IMG/VR virus record: IMGVR_UViG_3300046648_000141
Span: 3,914 to 67,913 of that record
Strand: one strand, 5' to 3'
DNA from: a virus
DNA: 64,000 nucleotides
Below, piece by piece: positions 19,123 to 28,334 of the stretch; the stretch's first letter is position 1; each line of letters begins with the position of its first letter. The notes beneath the pieces were generated by a model that was not told where the DNA came from, did no database searches, and saw only the letters and a list, made by a program, of their open reading frames with translations. A program made the position numbers and the translations under genes.

Positions 19123-19492
19123 GGGTGCCGGCCACCTCTATGAGAAAGTCGCCTTTGATGAGCGGCAACTCGCCAGCGACGGATACGGCAACACTGAAGC
19201 CGGCTTCGCTGAAATCCTCTCCTGCCGCGCCGGCTTCACCTATCTGCGTGGCTCTGAGGCGGTGATCGCGGCGCGCTTGGAAGGCCGGCAACCGATCGTC
19301 GTCCGGGTCCGCGCGACCCCGGACACGTGGCAAATTCAGCCGGATTGGCGGATGCGTGATTTGCAGAACGGGACCTGGGAGGACAGCGCCGAAACCGTCT
19401 GGTCCGGCCCGGTCTACGCGGTGCGCTCGATCGCAGAGACCGAGGACCGGCAATGGATCGATGTGATGGTGGAAAGCGGCGTGGCCGCATGA
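19112..19492 (+). CDS. head closure / head-tail adaptor
   Basis: DGYGN, RGSEAV.AARLEGRQP; position. Confidence 0.8.
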   Translation: MATKGAGHLYEKVAFDERQLASDGYGNTEAGFAEILSCRAGFTYLRGSEAVIAARLEGRQPIVVRVRATPDTWQIQPDWRMRDLQNGTWEDSAETVWSGPVYAVRSIAETEDRQWIDVMVESGVAA

Positions 19493-19502
19493 GGAAGAGC
19501 TA

Positions 19503-19706
19503 ATGGCCTGGGTACGTTTCAAGCGCAATTACGACTGGAAGCCGACGTCGCAAACCACGATCGCCTACAAGGCCGGCATGGAGGCTAACGTCAAGGCCGC
19601 ATGTGCGGAGATGGCGGTCAATGCCGGCGCCGCCGTGCGTTTGCAGAAGGGCAACCGGGACGCGGAGCCGGTCGAAGAGACCGCGCCGGACGCAAGTGGC
19701 GAGTAA
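19503..19706 (+). CDS. small conserved phage protein
   Basis: WVRF..YDW....IAYKAG. Confidence 0.6.
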   Translation: MAWVRFKRNYDWKPTSQTTIAYKAGMEANVKAACAEMAVNAGAAVRLQKGNRDAEPVEETAPDASGE

Positions 19707-20130
19707 AATCCTCGGCCTTGCCCGCCTAGACGCGAAGCTGGCGCGGATGCCGGCAGCGGCGAAGGCGGAGATCAAGAAGGCGATGGAGGCGGCGGCCACG
19801 GACATGGTGGCAACCATGAAAAGTCTCGTGCCGGTCTCCTCCGGTCCCCACGGCGGCACGCTTCGGGACAGCATCGGCTGGACCTGGGGCAAGGCGCCGA
19901 AGGGCGCCGGCATTGTCGCGCTGGGCAGGTCCATGCTCGGCGCCGACCTTACGCTGACTGTCTATGCCGGCAATGAGGAAGCCTTTTACGGCCGCTGGCA
20001 GGAGTTCGGCACCGTCAAGCAGGCGGCCCAGCCGTTCTTTTTCGTGTCCTACCGGGCGCACCGGCGTGAGGCCAAGCGGCGAATTCGCGCCGCCACCAAC
20101 CGGGCCGCCAAGAGGGTAGCCGCACCATGA
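19696..20130 (+). CDS. HK97 gp10-like tail completion protein
   Basis: GTLRDSI, FY.RWQEFGT...AQPFF. Confidence 0.85.
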   Translation: MASKILGLARLDAKLARMPAAAKAEIKKAMEAAATDMVATMKSLVPVSSGPHGGTLRDSIGWTWGKAPKGAGIVALGRSMLGADLTLTVYAGNEEAFYGRWQEFGTVKQAAQPFFFVSYRAHRREAKRRIRAATNRAAKRVAAP

Positions 20131-20531
20131 CATCGCCGTCACTTGAAATTCAGGGCGCGATTCTCTCGGTCCTCAGAAGCGATAGCGCCGTAGTCGCGAT
20201 CATCGGGCAGCGGTCCTATGACAGCGTGCCGCCGACCCCGGTCTTCCCCTACACGTCATTCGGTCCCAGCGATGAGACCAGCGACGACGCGGACTGCATC
20301 ACCGGCTTTGAAATCTCATTCCAGATCGATTGCTGGTCCCGCAAGCCCGGCTATCCTGAGGTCCGCGCGCTGGCCGACGCGGTGCGGAAGGCAATCCACG
20401 GTCAGGAGTTTGACCTGTCCGTCAACAAGCTTGTGCTGTTTGAGCATCGTCAGACCCGGTTCCTCCGCGATTCCGATGGCCTCACGTCGCATGCCGCCAT
20501 GACGTTCACGGCCTTCGTCGAGGCCGCCTAA
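20127..20531 (+). CDS. tail terminator (DUF3168)
   Basis: YDSVP..FPY.SFG, IDCWSR, D.DGLT.H. Confidence 0.85.
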   Translation: MTSPSLEIQGAILSVLRSDSAVVAIIGQRSYDSVPPTPVFPYTSFGPSDETSDDADCITGFEISFQIDCWSRKPGYPEVRALADAVRKAIHGQEFDLSVNKLVLFEHRQTRFLRDSDGLTSHAAMTFTAFVEAA

Positions 20532-20619
20532 CCCAAAACCAAGACCCGAAATCCACCCATCCTCGTCCGCGCCTGGACGGGGTTTTCTGCGCTGCCTGTG
20601 CTTTGAAAGGAAAACCACA

Positions 20620-21063
20620 ATGGCACCTCCTACCACTGCCAAATTTGGCAAGTTCCGCGTGCTTCTCGGCAACGGGGCTTCGCCGGAAGTGTTCGCCGCG
20701 CCTTGCGGTTTCACTTCAAAATCGCTCGCCCTGAGCAAGAACCTCACCGACGTGAGCCTTCCGGATTGTGATGACCCGGACGCGCCCGCGTGGGTGGGCC
20801 GCGACGTCGAAAGCCTGACGGCTTCGATTACCGGTGAAGGGGTCATGGCGGCGGAATCCGCTGCTGATTGGATGGACGCTTTCGAGAGCACTTCATCGAT
20901 CAGCGTCAAGGTGGAAATCGAGTTCCCGGCCGTCACCTGGACCTACACCGGCAAGATGCATATCTCGTCCATGACGCTCAGCGCTGAACAGGGCGGGCGC
21001 GTCACGAACAACGTCGAGATGCAGAGCGACGGCGAACTGGTCAGGAGCATGGCGACCACGTGA
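20620..21063 (+). CDS. tail tube protein
   Basis: LGNGASPEVF.APCG..PDCDDP..SITGEG..SDG. Confidence 0.88.
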   Translation: MAPPTTAKFGKFRVLLGNGASPEVFAAPCGFTSKSLALSKNLTDVSLPDCDDPDAPAWVGRDVESLTASITGEGVMAAESAADWMDAFESTSSISVKVEIEFPAVTWTYTGKMHISSMTLSAEQGGRVTNNVEMQSDGELVRSMATT

Positions 21064-21476
21064 GCCGGAGCGCTTCAATCACGCTGGCATGGGCAGACGG
21101 AGATTATCATTTCCGTCTGGCATGGGGCGAAATCATACAGGTGCAGGAGGCGACGGATGCTGGGCCATTCGTCGTCCTCGGCCGCCTACAAGATGGCACG
21201 TGGCGCGTGGAGGATATTTCCTCGGTCATTCGCCTCGGCCTGATCGGCGGCGGCCTTGAACCTCCCAAGGCGCTAAAGCTGACGCGGACCTATGTCGAAA
21301 GCCGTCCGCCGGTCGAAAACTTGCTCATCGCGATTGCAATTCTTCAGGCCGGCCTCATGGGGGCGCCGGACGAAGAAGAGATAAAAAAAAACGAAAGCCA
21401 GATGATGGCGACCGCCTCGACAATCTCCCCAACGGAAAATTTCGCTTCGGACCCATTTACGGAGCGGGCGCAGTAA
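21060..21476 (+). CDS. tail assembly chaperone (GTA gp10-like, gpG)
   Basis: WADG..FRL.WGE..QE, IRLGLIGGG; between tube and tape measure. Confidence 0.85.
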   Translation: MSRSASITLAWADGDYHFRLAWGEIIQVQEATDAGPFVVLGRLQDGTWRVEDISSVIRLGLIGGGLEPPKALKLTRTYVESRPPVENLLIAIAILQAGLMGAPDEEEIKKNESQMMATASTISPTENFASDPFTERAQ

Positions 21477-21631
21477 TGGGCTTCTCGCCTGCCGAGGTGG
21501 ACCGCATGAGCATGTGGCAATTCTCGGAAGCCCTGGCCGGATACGTCAAGGCAAACGATCCTGACGCGGCCAAGGAACTGTCATCAGCGGAAGCCGACGA
21601 CATTTGGAAATGGATGCAGACAAAGCATTGA
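21383..21631 (+). other. -1 programmed frameshift site and gpGT extension
   Basis: A9C run at 21383-21392; -1 frame open to TGA at 21629-21631 (RKPDDG..IYGAGAVMGFSPAEVDRMSMWQF..). Confidence 0.8.
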
Positions 21632-21687
21632 CGGCCCTCCCCCCAGTCTTTCCTCCCTCATAACCCACGCCTTCCGGAGTTCTGATT

Positions 21688-24600
21688 TTGGCAACCGATC
21701 TTGAGCGTCTTGTTGTTCAGCTAAGCGCAGACGTGAAGGGCTACGAGCGCGGGCTAGCCCGTGCGCGTGGCGTGACCAACCGCGAATTCAACGGCATCGA
21801 AAAGCGCGCCACGACGCTGAACCGCAAGCTGAACGATATCGGCAAAGGCGCGGGACGCTCGTTTGCCGCGCCGGTGGCCGGCATTGGTTCCGCCCTCGCC
21901 ATTGCAGAGGTGATCAAATACGCCGACGCCTGGACGACAGCGGAGAACAAGATCGCGGCGGCCGGAGCGGTTGCCGGCCGGGCAGGACGGGACCTTTCGG
22001 GGATCACCGACATAGCGAACGCGACGCGCGCCGGCATCACCGAGACGGCCGACCTTTACGCCAAGCTGCTTCGTTCCACCAAGGACGTTGCGAAGAATGA
22101 GGAGGAAGTCGCCAGGGCGACGGAGATCGTCAATAAGGCGTTCAAGGCCGGCGGCGCGGCTGCTCAGGAGCAAGCGGCGGGCGTCCTGCAATTGGGACAG
22201 GCCCTTGGCTCCGGCGTGCTTCAGGGTGACGAACTGCGGTCTATTCGTGAGAACGCGCCGCTGATCGCGCAAGCCATTGCCGACGAATTCGGCGTCACCA
22301 TCGGCAAGTTGAAAGACCTTGGGGCGGAAGGCGCGCTTACGTCCGATCGCGTTTTCAAGGCTATCCTGAAAGCCCAGCCGCAAATCGAAAAGGCGTTCTC
22401 GGTCACCAACGCGACCATTGCGGACAGCTTCACCAAGATCGAAAACCAGTTCATCCGCTACATCGGCCAGACCAACGAAGGTCTCGGCGCCTCAAAGCGG
22501 CTGACAGCCGGGCTCAACTTGCTGGCCGACAATTTCGATGCGACGGCCGACACCGCCATCGCCTTCGCCAGCATCCTCGGCGCTGCGCTCCTCGGCCGTT
22601 CGATCGGCAACATGATTGCTTCCATCGGGCTGGGAATCGGAGCGCTCAAGAAGCTCTATAGCGCATTCAAGGCGCTGCGCACGGTTGGCGCTGCCGGCCT
22701 CCTCGGGGCTACTTCGGGTGCGGCCGGACCAATTGGCGCTGCGATCGCCGTGGGTGCCTTGGCTGCGGGTGCCGCGATCACGCATTTCCAGCTCAAGGCG
22801 GCAGAAGCCGAAGAGCGGTCCAAGCGCGTAGCGGCCGAAATGGAAAAGATGGGCATCACCTCCCATCAGGCCGCCGCAGGTGTGGATGAAACCGCCTTAT
22901 CCCTGGAAAAGATTTCGAAAGGCGATGCGGCGCGGTCACTTCGGGACATCAATGATGAGCTGGACCGCATGCGTGGCGGCGGCCTTCCGGGGAGCCTGGG
23001 CAACGAGCTGGGCTCCATTGCAGAGAAGGCGCGCGCCCAGACACGCGGACTTGTCGGCTTTTTCTCTACCTCCGCGATCGACAACACGGCGCTGGATCAG
23101 ATCGCCAAACTCGCCGACGATGTGCGTGACGGCAAGATCGCGGCCGATGAAGCGTTGAAGACGCTTCAAGCAATGGCGGATACCGAGATCAGCCGCCCGG
23201 TCTATGACCTGAACAAGGCGCTCCAGGTGTCGATCGCACTTTTTCGAGACCTCCAGACCGCTCAGAAGATGAAGGCTGAGACGCCCGGCGTCCGGGTGCT
23301 TACGCTCAGCAAGCAACTTGAGAAAGACACGAAAGATTATGCCGCTGCCGCCGATCAGGTGCGCAAGGCCGCCCAGGATGCGCTGGACCGTCTCAACCAA
23401 GTCCGCGATGTCTTTGGCAATGATCCAGCCTTCCAGGCCCAGGTAACGGCGCTGGAGACCGTCCGCGACTCGCTTGACGGAACCGCCGAAGGATCAAACA
23501 AGGCGAAAGCAGCGCTACAGGCGCTCGCTGATAGTGACCCAGGCTTTGCCGGTCTTGCCGCCAAACTCAATCCCCTCCTCGATAGGCTTGGCGAAATCGG
23601 TGCTGCCATAAAGACGGCGGCCGAAGGCTTGTTCCAGCTAAACCGCGTTGACGGTCCCACCAAATTCATGCCGCGCGAAGGCGTCCAGGCGGAGCAAGAA
23701 GCGCGCAAGCAGGCCCAGACCACGAATTTTCTCCGTGAAAGGACGGCAAAATCGGCCGGCAAATATGAGGCGTGGACCGTCATCGGCAGGACGTCGGAAG
23801 GCCGGTTGATCGTCGTCAATCCCGACGAAGGCTTGTCAACCGAACTCACGCAGACCGTCGAAGACCCGCGCGGCGGCTTCATGAACGTGCCGACGCTGTT
23901 CTCCGGCAAGCCGGTGCCGATCGAGGAGGCAGTCGATAAGATTATCAAGAACGGCTTCAAAGACCCTGAAACCGGGAGGGCGATCGAGAATTTCAAAACG
24001 GTCGATGCGGCTGTCAAGGCGGCTCAGGCGCGGAGCGCGTCTCTGTCAAGCGACCCCAAATTCATCGAGGCCGATCGCAAATATACCGAGGTAACCGACC
24101 CTGATCTTGCGGAGCGGACCCAGAAAATCCTGAAGGCCGCCGAAGAGGTCGGCGTGGCGATCAGCGAAGCGGCTGCAAAAATCCAAGCCGAGTCAGAGCT
24201 TGCCGCTGAAAAAGCAGCGAAGGATATTCAGAAATCGGCGGAAGCATCGACCGAGGCCGCCTTCAAGCTGATCGCCGACCGCGAGTCGTTCCGTTCGACC
24301 CCCTACAAGGACAATGACGGCAAGCTGCGCGTCGGCTTCGGCTCGGACACCGTGACGCTGTCGGACAATTCAATCCAAAAAGTCGTTTCAGGCATGACGA
24401 TCACGATGGCCGACGCCACCCGTGACCTTGATCGCCGGATTGAAGAATTCCAAAGGGGCATCAAAAGCGATATCGGCGCCCCGCGCTTCTCGGAGTTCAA
24501 CGACGATCAGCAAGCCGTCCTCACCAGCATCGCCTACAATTACGGCTCGCTGCCGGATCGCATCATCAAGGCGATCAAGGAGGGAACCACCGAGGACATC

Positions 24601-25593
24601 TATAACGCCATCAAGGGCCTTGGCGGCGACAATCAGGGCATCAATCGAAACCGCCGGAACGCCGAGGCCGAGCAATTCCTGTCCGGGGCACCGGCCGGCA
24701 TCCGCGAAGAGATCACCCAGCGCCAAGAGCAACTGAAATACATCCAGGAATCGTCGGCGGCGCGCGCCGAGGAAACCGCCGGCATCAACGCCGAAACCTC
24801 GATGATGAGCGCTTCCAATGCGGAGCGGGAGCGGGAGCGGTTTGTTCGCGAAGCGCTGAACGATCTTCAGAAGCAAGGCATCGTCGTCACCGACGAAATG
24901 CGCGCTTCCATCGAGGCTGAAGCCGATGCCCGCTTCAATGCGGTTTCCGCCTATGATGCGGCAACGGAAGCGGCCGACCGCCTGAAGGAGAAGCAGGAGG
25001 AGCTGAAAGCGGTTCAGGAGGAGGTGTCTTATGCCTTCCAGGGCGCGCTCAAGGGATTCATTTCCGATCTCGTTCACGGCAAGTCAGCGACCGAGGCGCT
25101 TTATAACGCCGTCTCGCAATTGGCCGATCGCCTGCTTGACATCGCCCTCGACCAAATCTTCAAGTCGCTGTTCAGCGGCGGCACCGGGGCGGCCGGCGGA
25201 CTCCTCGGTGGCTTGTTCGGCGGCTTCGCGGCCGGCGGCTACACCGGCGACGGCGGCAAGAACCAGCCGAAGGGTGTGGTTCATGGCGGCGAGTATGTCT
25301 TCTCGAAAAAGGCGACAAACCGGATCGGCGTTGCCAATCTGGAAGCGATGCACAAGGCCGCCCGGCGCGGCTACGCCCAAGGCGGATACGTCCTGCCCCG
25401 GATTGGCGGGGCCGGCGGCATGGCGCAAGCCGGAGCCGCCGCGCCGAACGTCGATGCCCGGACGACGGTCATCAATCGTTTTGACGCTCCATCGTTCCTT
25501 TCGGAAGCGCTGGCGCACCCGGACGGGGCGAAGACCATCCTCAATGTTATCCGGGCGCAACCTGCCGTATTCCGGCAGGCGTTGCAGGGCTAA
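21688..25593 (+). CDS. tape measure protein with embedded lysozyme-like domain
   Basis: QLGQALGSGVLQGDELRSI tape-measure motif; C-terminal FAAGGYTG..GVVHGGEYV. Confidence 0.92.
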   Translation: MATDLERLVVQLSADVKGYERGLARARGVTNREFNGIEKRATTLNRKLNDIGKGAGRSFAAPVAGIGSALAIAEVIKYADAWTTAENKIAAAGAVAGRAGRDLSGITDIANATRAGITETADLYAKLLRSTKDVAKNEEEVARATEIVNKAFKAGGAAAQEQAAGVLQLGQALGSGVLQGDELRSIRENAPLIAQAIADEFGVTIGKLKDLGAEGALTSDRVFKAILKAQPQIEKAFSVTNATIADSFTKIENQFIRYIGQTNEGLGASKRLTAGLNLLADNFDATADTAIAFASILGAALLGRSIGNMIASIGLGIGALKKLYSAFKALRTVGAAGLLGATSGAAGPIGAAIAVGALAAGAAITHFQLKAAEAEERSKRVAAEMEKMGITSHQAAAGVDETALSLEKISKGDAARSLRDINDELDRMRGGGLPGSLGNELGSIAEKARAQTRGLVGFFSTSAIDNTALDQIAKLADDVRDGKIAADEALKTLQAMADTEISRPVYDLNKALQVSIALFRDLQTAQKMKAETPGVRVLTLSKQLEKDTKDYAAAADQVRKAAQDALDRLNQVRDVFGNDPAFQAQVTALETVRDSLDGTAEGSNKAKAALQALADSDPGFAGLAAKLNPLLDRLGEIGAAIKTAAEGLFQLNRVDGPTKFMPREGVQAEQEARKQAQTTNFLRERTAKSAGKYEAWTVIGRTSEGRLIVVNPDEGLSTELTQTVEDPRGGFMNVPTLFSGKPVPIEEAVDKIIKNGFKDPETGRAIENFKTVDAAVKAAQARSASLSSDPKFIEADRKYTEVTDPDLAERTQKILKAAEEVGVAISEAAAKIQAESELAAEKAAKDIQKSAEASTEAAFKLIADRESFRSTPYKDNDGKLRVGFGSDTVTLSDNSIQKVVSGMTITMADATRDLDRRIEEFQRGIKSDIGAPRFSEFNDDQQAVLTSIAYNYGSLPDRIIKAIKEGTTEDIYNAIKGLGGDNQGINRNRRNAEAEQFLSGAPAGIREEITQRQEQLKYIQESSAARAEETAGINAETSMMSASNAERERERFVREALNDLQKQGIVVTDEMRASIEAEADARFNAVSAYDAATEAADRLKEKQEELKAVQEEVSYAFQGALKGFISDLVHGKSATEALYNAVSQLADRLLDIALDQIFKSLFSGGTGAAGGLLGGLFGGFAAGGYTGDGGKNQPKGVVHGGEYVFSKKATNRIGVANLEAMHKAARRGYAQGGYVLPRIGGAGGMAQAGAAAPNVDARTTVINRFDAPSFLSEALAHPDGAKTILNVIRAQPAVFRQALQG

Positions 25594-25599
25594 TCGATC

Positions 25600-26796
25600 A
25601 TGGCGACGATCTGGCCCTACCTGCCGAACATCCGGCGTCAGGCTTATCTCGTGACGCGGGAGTATCGCACCGACATCATCACCTCCCGCAATGGCAAGGA
25701 ACAGCGGCGCGCGCTTCGGCAAACGCCACGCAAGCGGGTGGAATACCTGACCGGCGTTGCCGGGGACTGCCTCCGGGAGTTCGACCGCTCGATGGTCTCC
25801 GCCCAGCGGGAGTTGCTGGCTATTCCGGATCGCGTCCGCTTCGTAGTCCTGCCCGATGGGCTTGAGGGCGATGCCACGACCGTGGAGCTCTCCCCCGTTC
25901 CGACCTGGATTGCTGACGGGGTGGAATTGCTGCTGGTGTCCGGTTCCCGCGTGGCGGCCCGCACGGTCGAAAGCGTGGACTCCGGCGGAACGGTCACCTT
26001 CACCGACTCCGAGGCGGCGTCCTGGCCGGCCGGGACGCGGCTTTATCCATCGCTCCACGGCTACCTCAATTCGGACATCAAAGCGCCCATCATCTCACCA
26101 CGCGGCGTGGTGGATATCGCAGTGTCTTTCGAGGTGGATGTCGGCACTGAGCTGGCCGAGGAAGTAGGCGCGGCACCCGTGACCTTTGCCGATCGCGAGG
26201 TTTTCCTGAAACGTCCTAACCGCTGGCGTCCGATCAGCCTTGGACGGTTGCAGGAGGGCGCCGCCGATGTCGATTATGGCTTCGGCCGGGTCCGCCGGTT
26301 CTTCCCCATCTCGTTCGCGACCCGCGTCTGGGGCGGAGATTATACCGGCTGCGACTTCACCCATGCGGAAGTCATCCGGCAATTCTTCGATCGCATGAAA
26401 GGCCGGCAGGGCGAGTTTTACATGCCGACGTGGCAGGCGGATTTCAAACCGGTTGCCGGGGTCACAGCGGCCGGCACGACATTGACCGTCGAGGGCGCGC
26501 TTTCATCCTTTACCGGTGACACAGTCTTCAAGGCGATCGCCCTCCGCAAGAAGAGCGACGGCGCTTGGTTGCTGCGCACGGTCAACTCGATCGCGCCCTC
26601 CGGCGGGTCGAATAGCGTGCTCACGGTTAACGCCGCCTGGGGCGAAACGATCGCGCTCGCCGGCATCGACATGGTGTCGTGGTTGCCGGTCTGGCGGTTC
26701 GCGACCGACATCCTGGCAATGAGCTGGCCGCGCGAGGACGTAGCCGAGATCAATCTGTCTTTTCAGATGCTCGAAAACCTGCCGGCCGAAATCTAG
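25600..26796 (+). CDS. distal tail-type protein
   Basis: EYRTDII.S..G.EQR.ALR..PR, FF.RMKGRQ..FYMPTW; follows tape measure. Confidence 0.7.
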   Translation: MATIWPYLPNIRRQAYLVTREYRTDIITSRNGKEQRRALRQTPRKRVEYLTGVAGDCLREFDRSMVSAQRELLAIPDRVRFVVLPDGLEGDATTVELSPVPTWIADGVELLLVSGSRVAARTVESVDSGGTVTFTDSEAASWPAGTRLYPSLHGYLNSDIKAPIISPRGVVDIAVSFEVDVGTELAEEVGAAPVTFADREVFLKRPNRWRPISLGRLQEGAADVDYGFGRVRRFFPISFATRVWGGDYTGCDFTHAEVIRQFFDRMKGRQGEFYMPTWQADFKPVAGVTAAGTTLTVEGALSSFTGDTVFKAIALRKKSDGAWLLRTVNSIAPSGGSNSVLTVNAAWGETIALAGIDMVSWLPVWRFATDILAMSWPREDVAEINLSFQMLENLPAEI

Positions 26797-27002
26797 TCCT
26801 TCTCGAACTCGATCACATAGCTGTCGATGCCGCCACTCCCCGGCCCGTGCGATGCGCCGTGTTTGAGTTCGGATTCGATCGCGGCCTTCACAAACGCATC
26901 GGTGCAGTCATTGCAGTCCTGGGGCCGACCGGCCGGCACGCACGTGCATCCTTTCAGAAACTCGCGGGCGATCCGCAGAAGCTCGGAATCTCGTTCATTC
27001 AT
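26793..27002 (-). CDS. small Cys-rich antisense protein inside tail operon
   Basis: GGAGG RBS; GCTC..DCNDC; fills the gap between two tail genes. Confidence 0.55.
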   Translation of the reverse strand: MNERDSELLRIAREFLKGCTCVPAGRPQDCNDCTDAFVKAAIESELKHGASHGPGSGGIDSYVIEFEKD

Positions 27003-27042
27003 TGGGCGGGCCTCCTGGATTCGATAATGGGTTAGAGGTCAT

Positions 27043-27900
27043 ATGCCATTCGCATCGATCGAAACAAGCCGGCACCGGGGACAACCGGTCACGCTCTATC
27101 TCTTCATCTACAGCGAAACCGCCTACTTCGCCTACACCGACGCTGAAAACCCGATCACCCGGACTGGCGAAATCGCCTCGGGCGAAGACGTGATTTATGA
27201 GCCTATCCCCATCATGCGGGATGCCATCGTGTCCTCCGGCACTATGGACAAGTCGGCGCTGGCGATCCGCATGCCGCGTGACGTCGAGCTGGGCGATCTC
27301 TTCCGCGTCTATCCGCCGGCCCAGGTGGTGACCCTGATTATTCGACAAGGGCACCTTTCCGACACCGATGACCCGCCGGAGTTCCTGGTCATCTGGTCCG
27401 GCCGCGTCCTGTCCGTTGCCCGTGAAGGTGACGAATGCGTGGTCTCCTGTGAGCCCGTCTCGTCCTCTCTGCGGCGGCCGGGCTTGCGCCGGCATTATCA
27501 ATTCGGATGCCCGCATGTTCTCTACGGGCCGCAGTGCAGCGCGAACAAGGCCACTCATTCGGTTTCGACCACGGTCAGCGCCCTCTCCGGCACTTCTATC
27601 ACCCTGCCCGGCGGCTGGAACGGCTCTTTCGATTCATCGAAATTCGTTGAGGGCGTCGTGGAGTGGATCAACGACGCTGGCGGAACGGAGCGCCGGAAAA
27701 TCCTCAAGGTGACCGGCAACGTCCTCCTGCTCGGCGGCTTGCTCCGCGACCTTGATGTGGGCGCGACGATCACGGCGGCGCTCGGCTGCAATCATCAAAT
27801 GTCCGACTGCCAGAACCTGTTTGCCAACATCCAGAACTTCGGCGGTTGCCCGTGGATTCCAACGGAAAACCCGATCGGTCCCCGCAACAATTATTACTGA
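27043..27900 (+). CDS. tail hub protein, BR0599/DUF2163 family
   Basis: CPH.LY..C, GC.H..C..F.N..NFGG.PWIP Cys pattern. Confidence 0.88.
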   Translation: MPFASIETSRHRGQPVTLYLFIYSETAYFAYTDAENPITRTGEIASGEDVIYEPIPIMRDAIVSSGTMDKSALAIRMPRDVELGDLFRVYPPAQVVTLIIRQGHLSDTDDPPEFLVIWSGRVLSVAREGDECVVSCEPVSSSLRRPGLRRHYQFGCPHVLYGPQCSANKATHSVSTTVSALSGTSITLPGGWNGSFDSSKFVEGVVEWINDAGGTERRKILKVTGNVLLLGGLLRDLDVGATITAALGCNHQMSDCQNLFANIQNFGGCPWIPTENPIGPRNNYY

Positions 27901-27909
27901 GGCCCACAC

Positions 27910-28137
27910 ATGGCGTGGTTCATCCCGCTCCTGCTGGCGATCATTTTCAATGTCATCGCCTATCTGCTCGCGCCCAAGCCCAAGAAGGCGAAGCCGCCGG
28001 AAGTCAAGGACATGGACAATCCCACGGCCGACGCCGGTCGGCCTGTCCCGGTTGTCTTCGGCACGGTCACGGTCAAGGGCCTGAACGTCCTCTGGTACGG
28101 CGACAAGTCCAAGCAGACGAAGAAGGTGAAGGCATGA
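27910..28137 (+). CDS. tail assembly protein
   Basis: PTADAGRPVPVVFGT..NVLWYGD. Confidence 0.8.
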   Translation: MAWFIPLLLAIIFNVIAYLLAPKPKKAKPPEVKDMDNPTADAGRPVPVVFGTVTVKGLNVLWYGDKSKQTKKVKA

Positions 28138-28334
28138 GCCGGATCACCATCACCGATGTTCGAGACGCCGGCCATTGCGTGCGCGGCACGCGGGAGTGGT
28201 TCGAGCGGCACGGCTTGGATTTCCGGGCCTTCCTCAAAGATGGCATCTCCGAGGAGGACTTCCTCGCCACCGGCGACGCCATTGCCGGCGAGGTCGTGAA
28301 GAGCAAGAATCGAAGGGAGCGCCCGCGTGGGTAA
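28134..28334 (+). CDS. small tail assembly protein
   Basis: C..G.R.WF..HGLD...F..GI. Confidence 0.75.
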   Translation: MSRITITDVRDAGHCVRGTREWFERHGLDFRAFLKDGISEEDFLATGDAIAGEVVKSKNRRERPRG

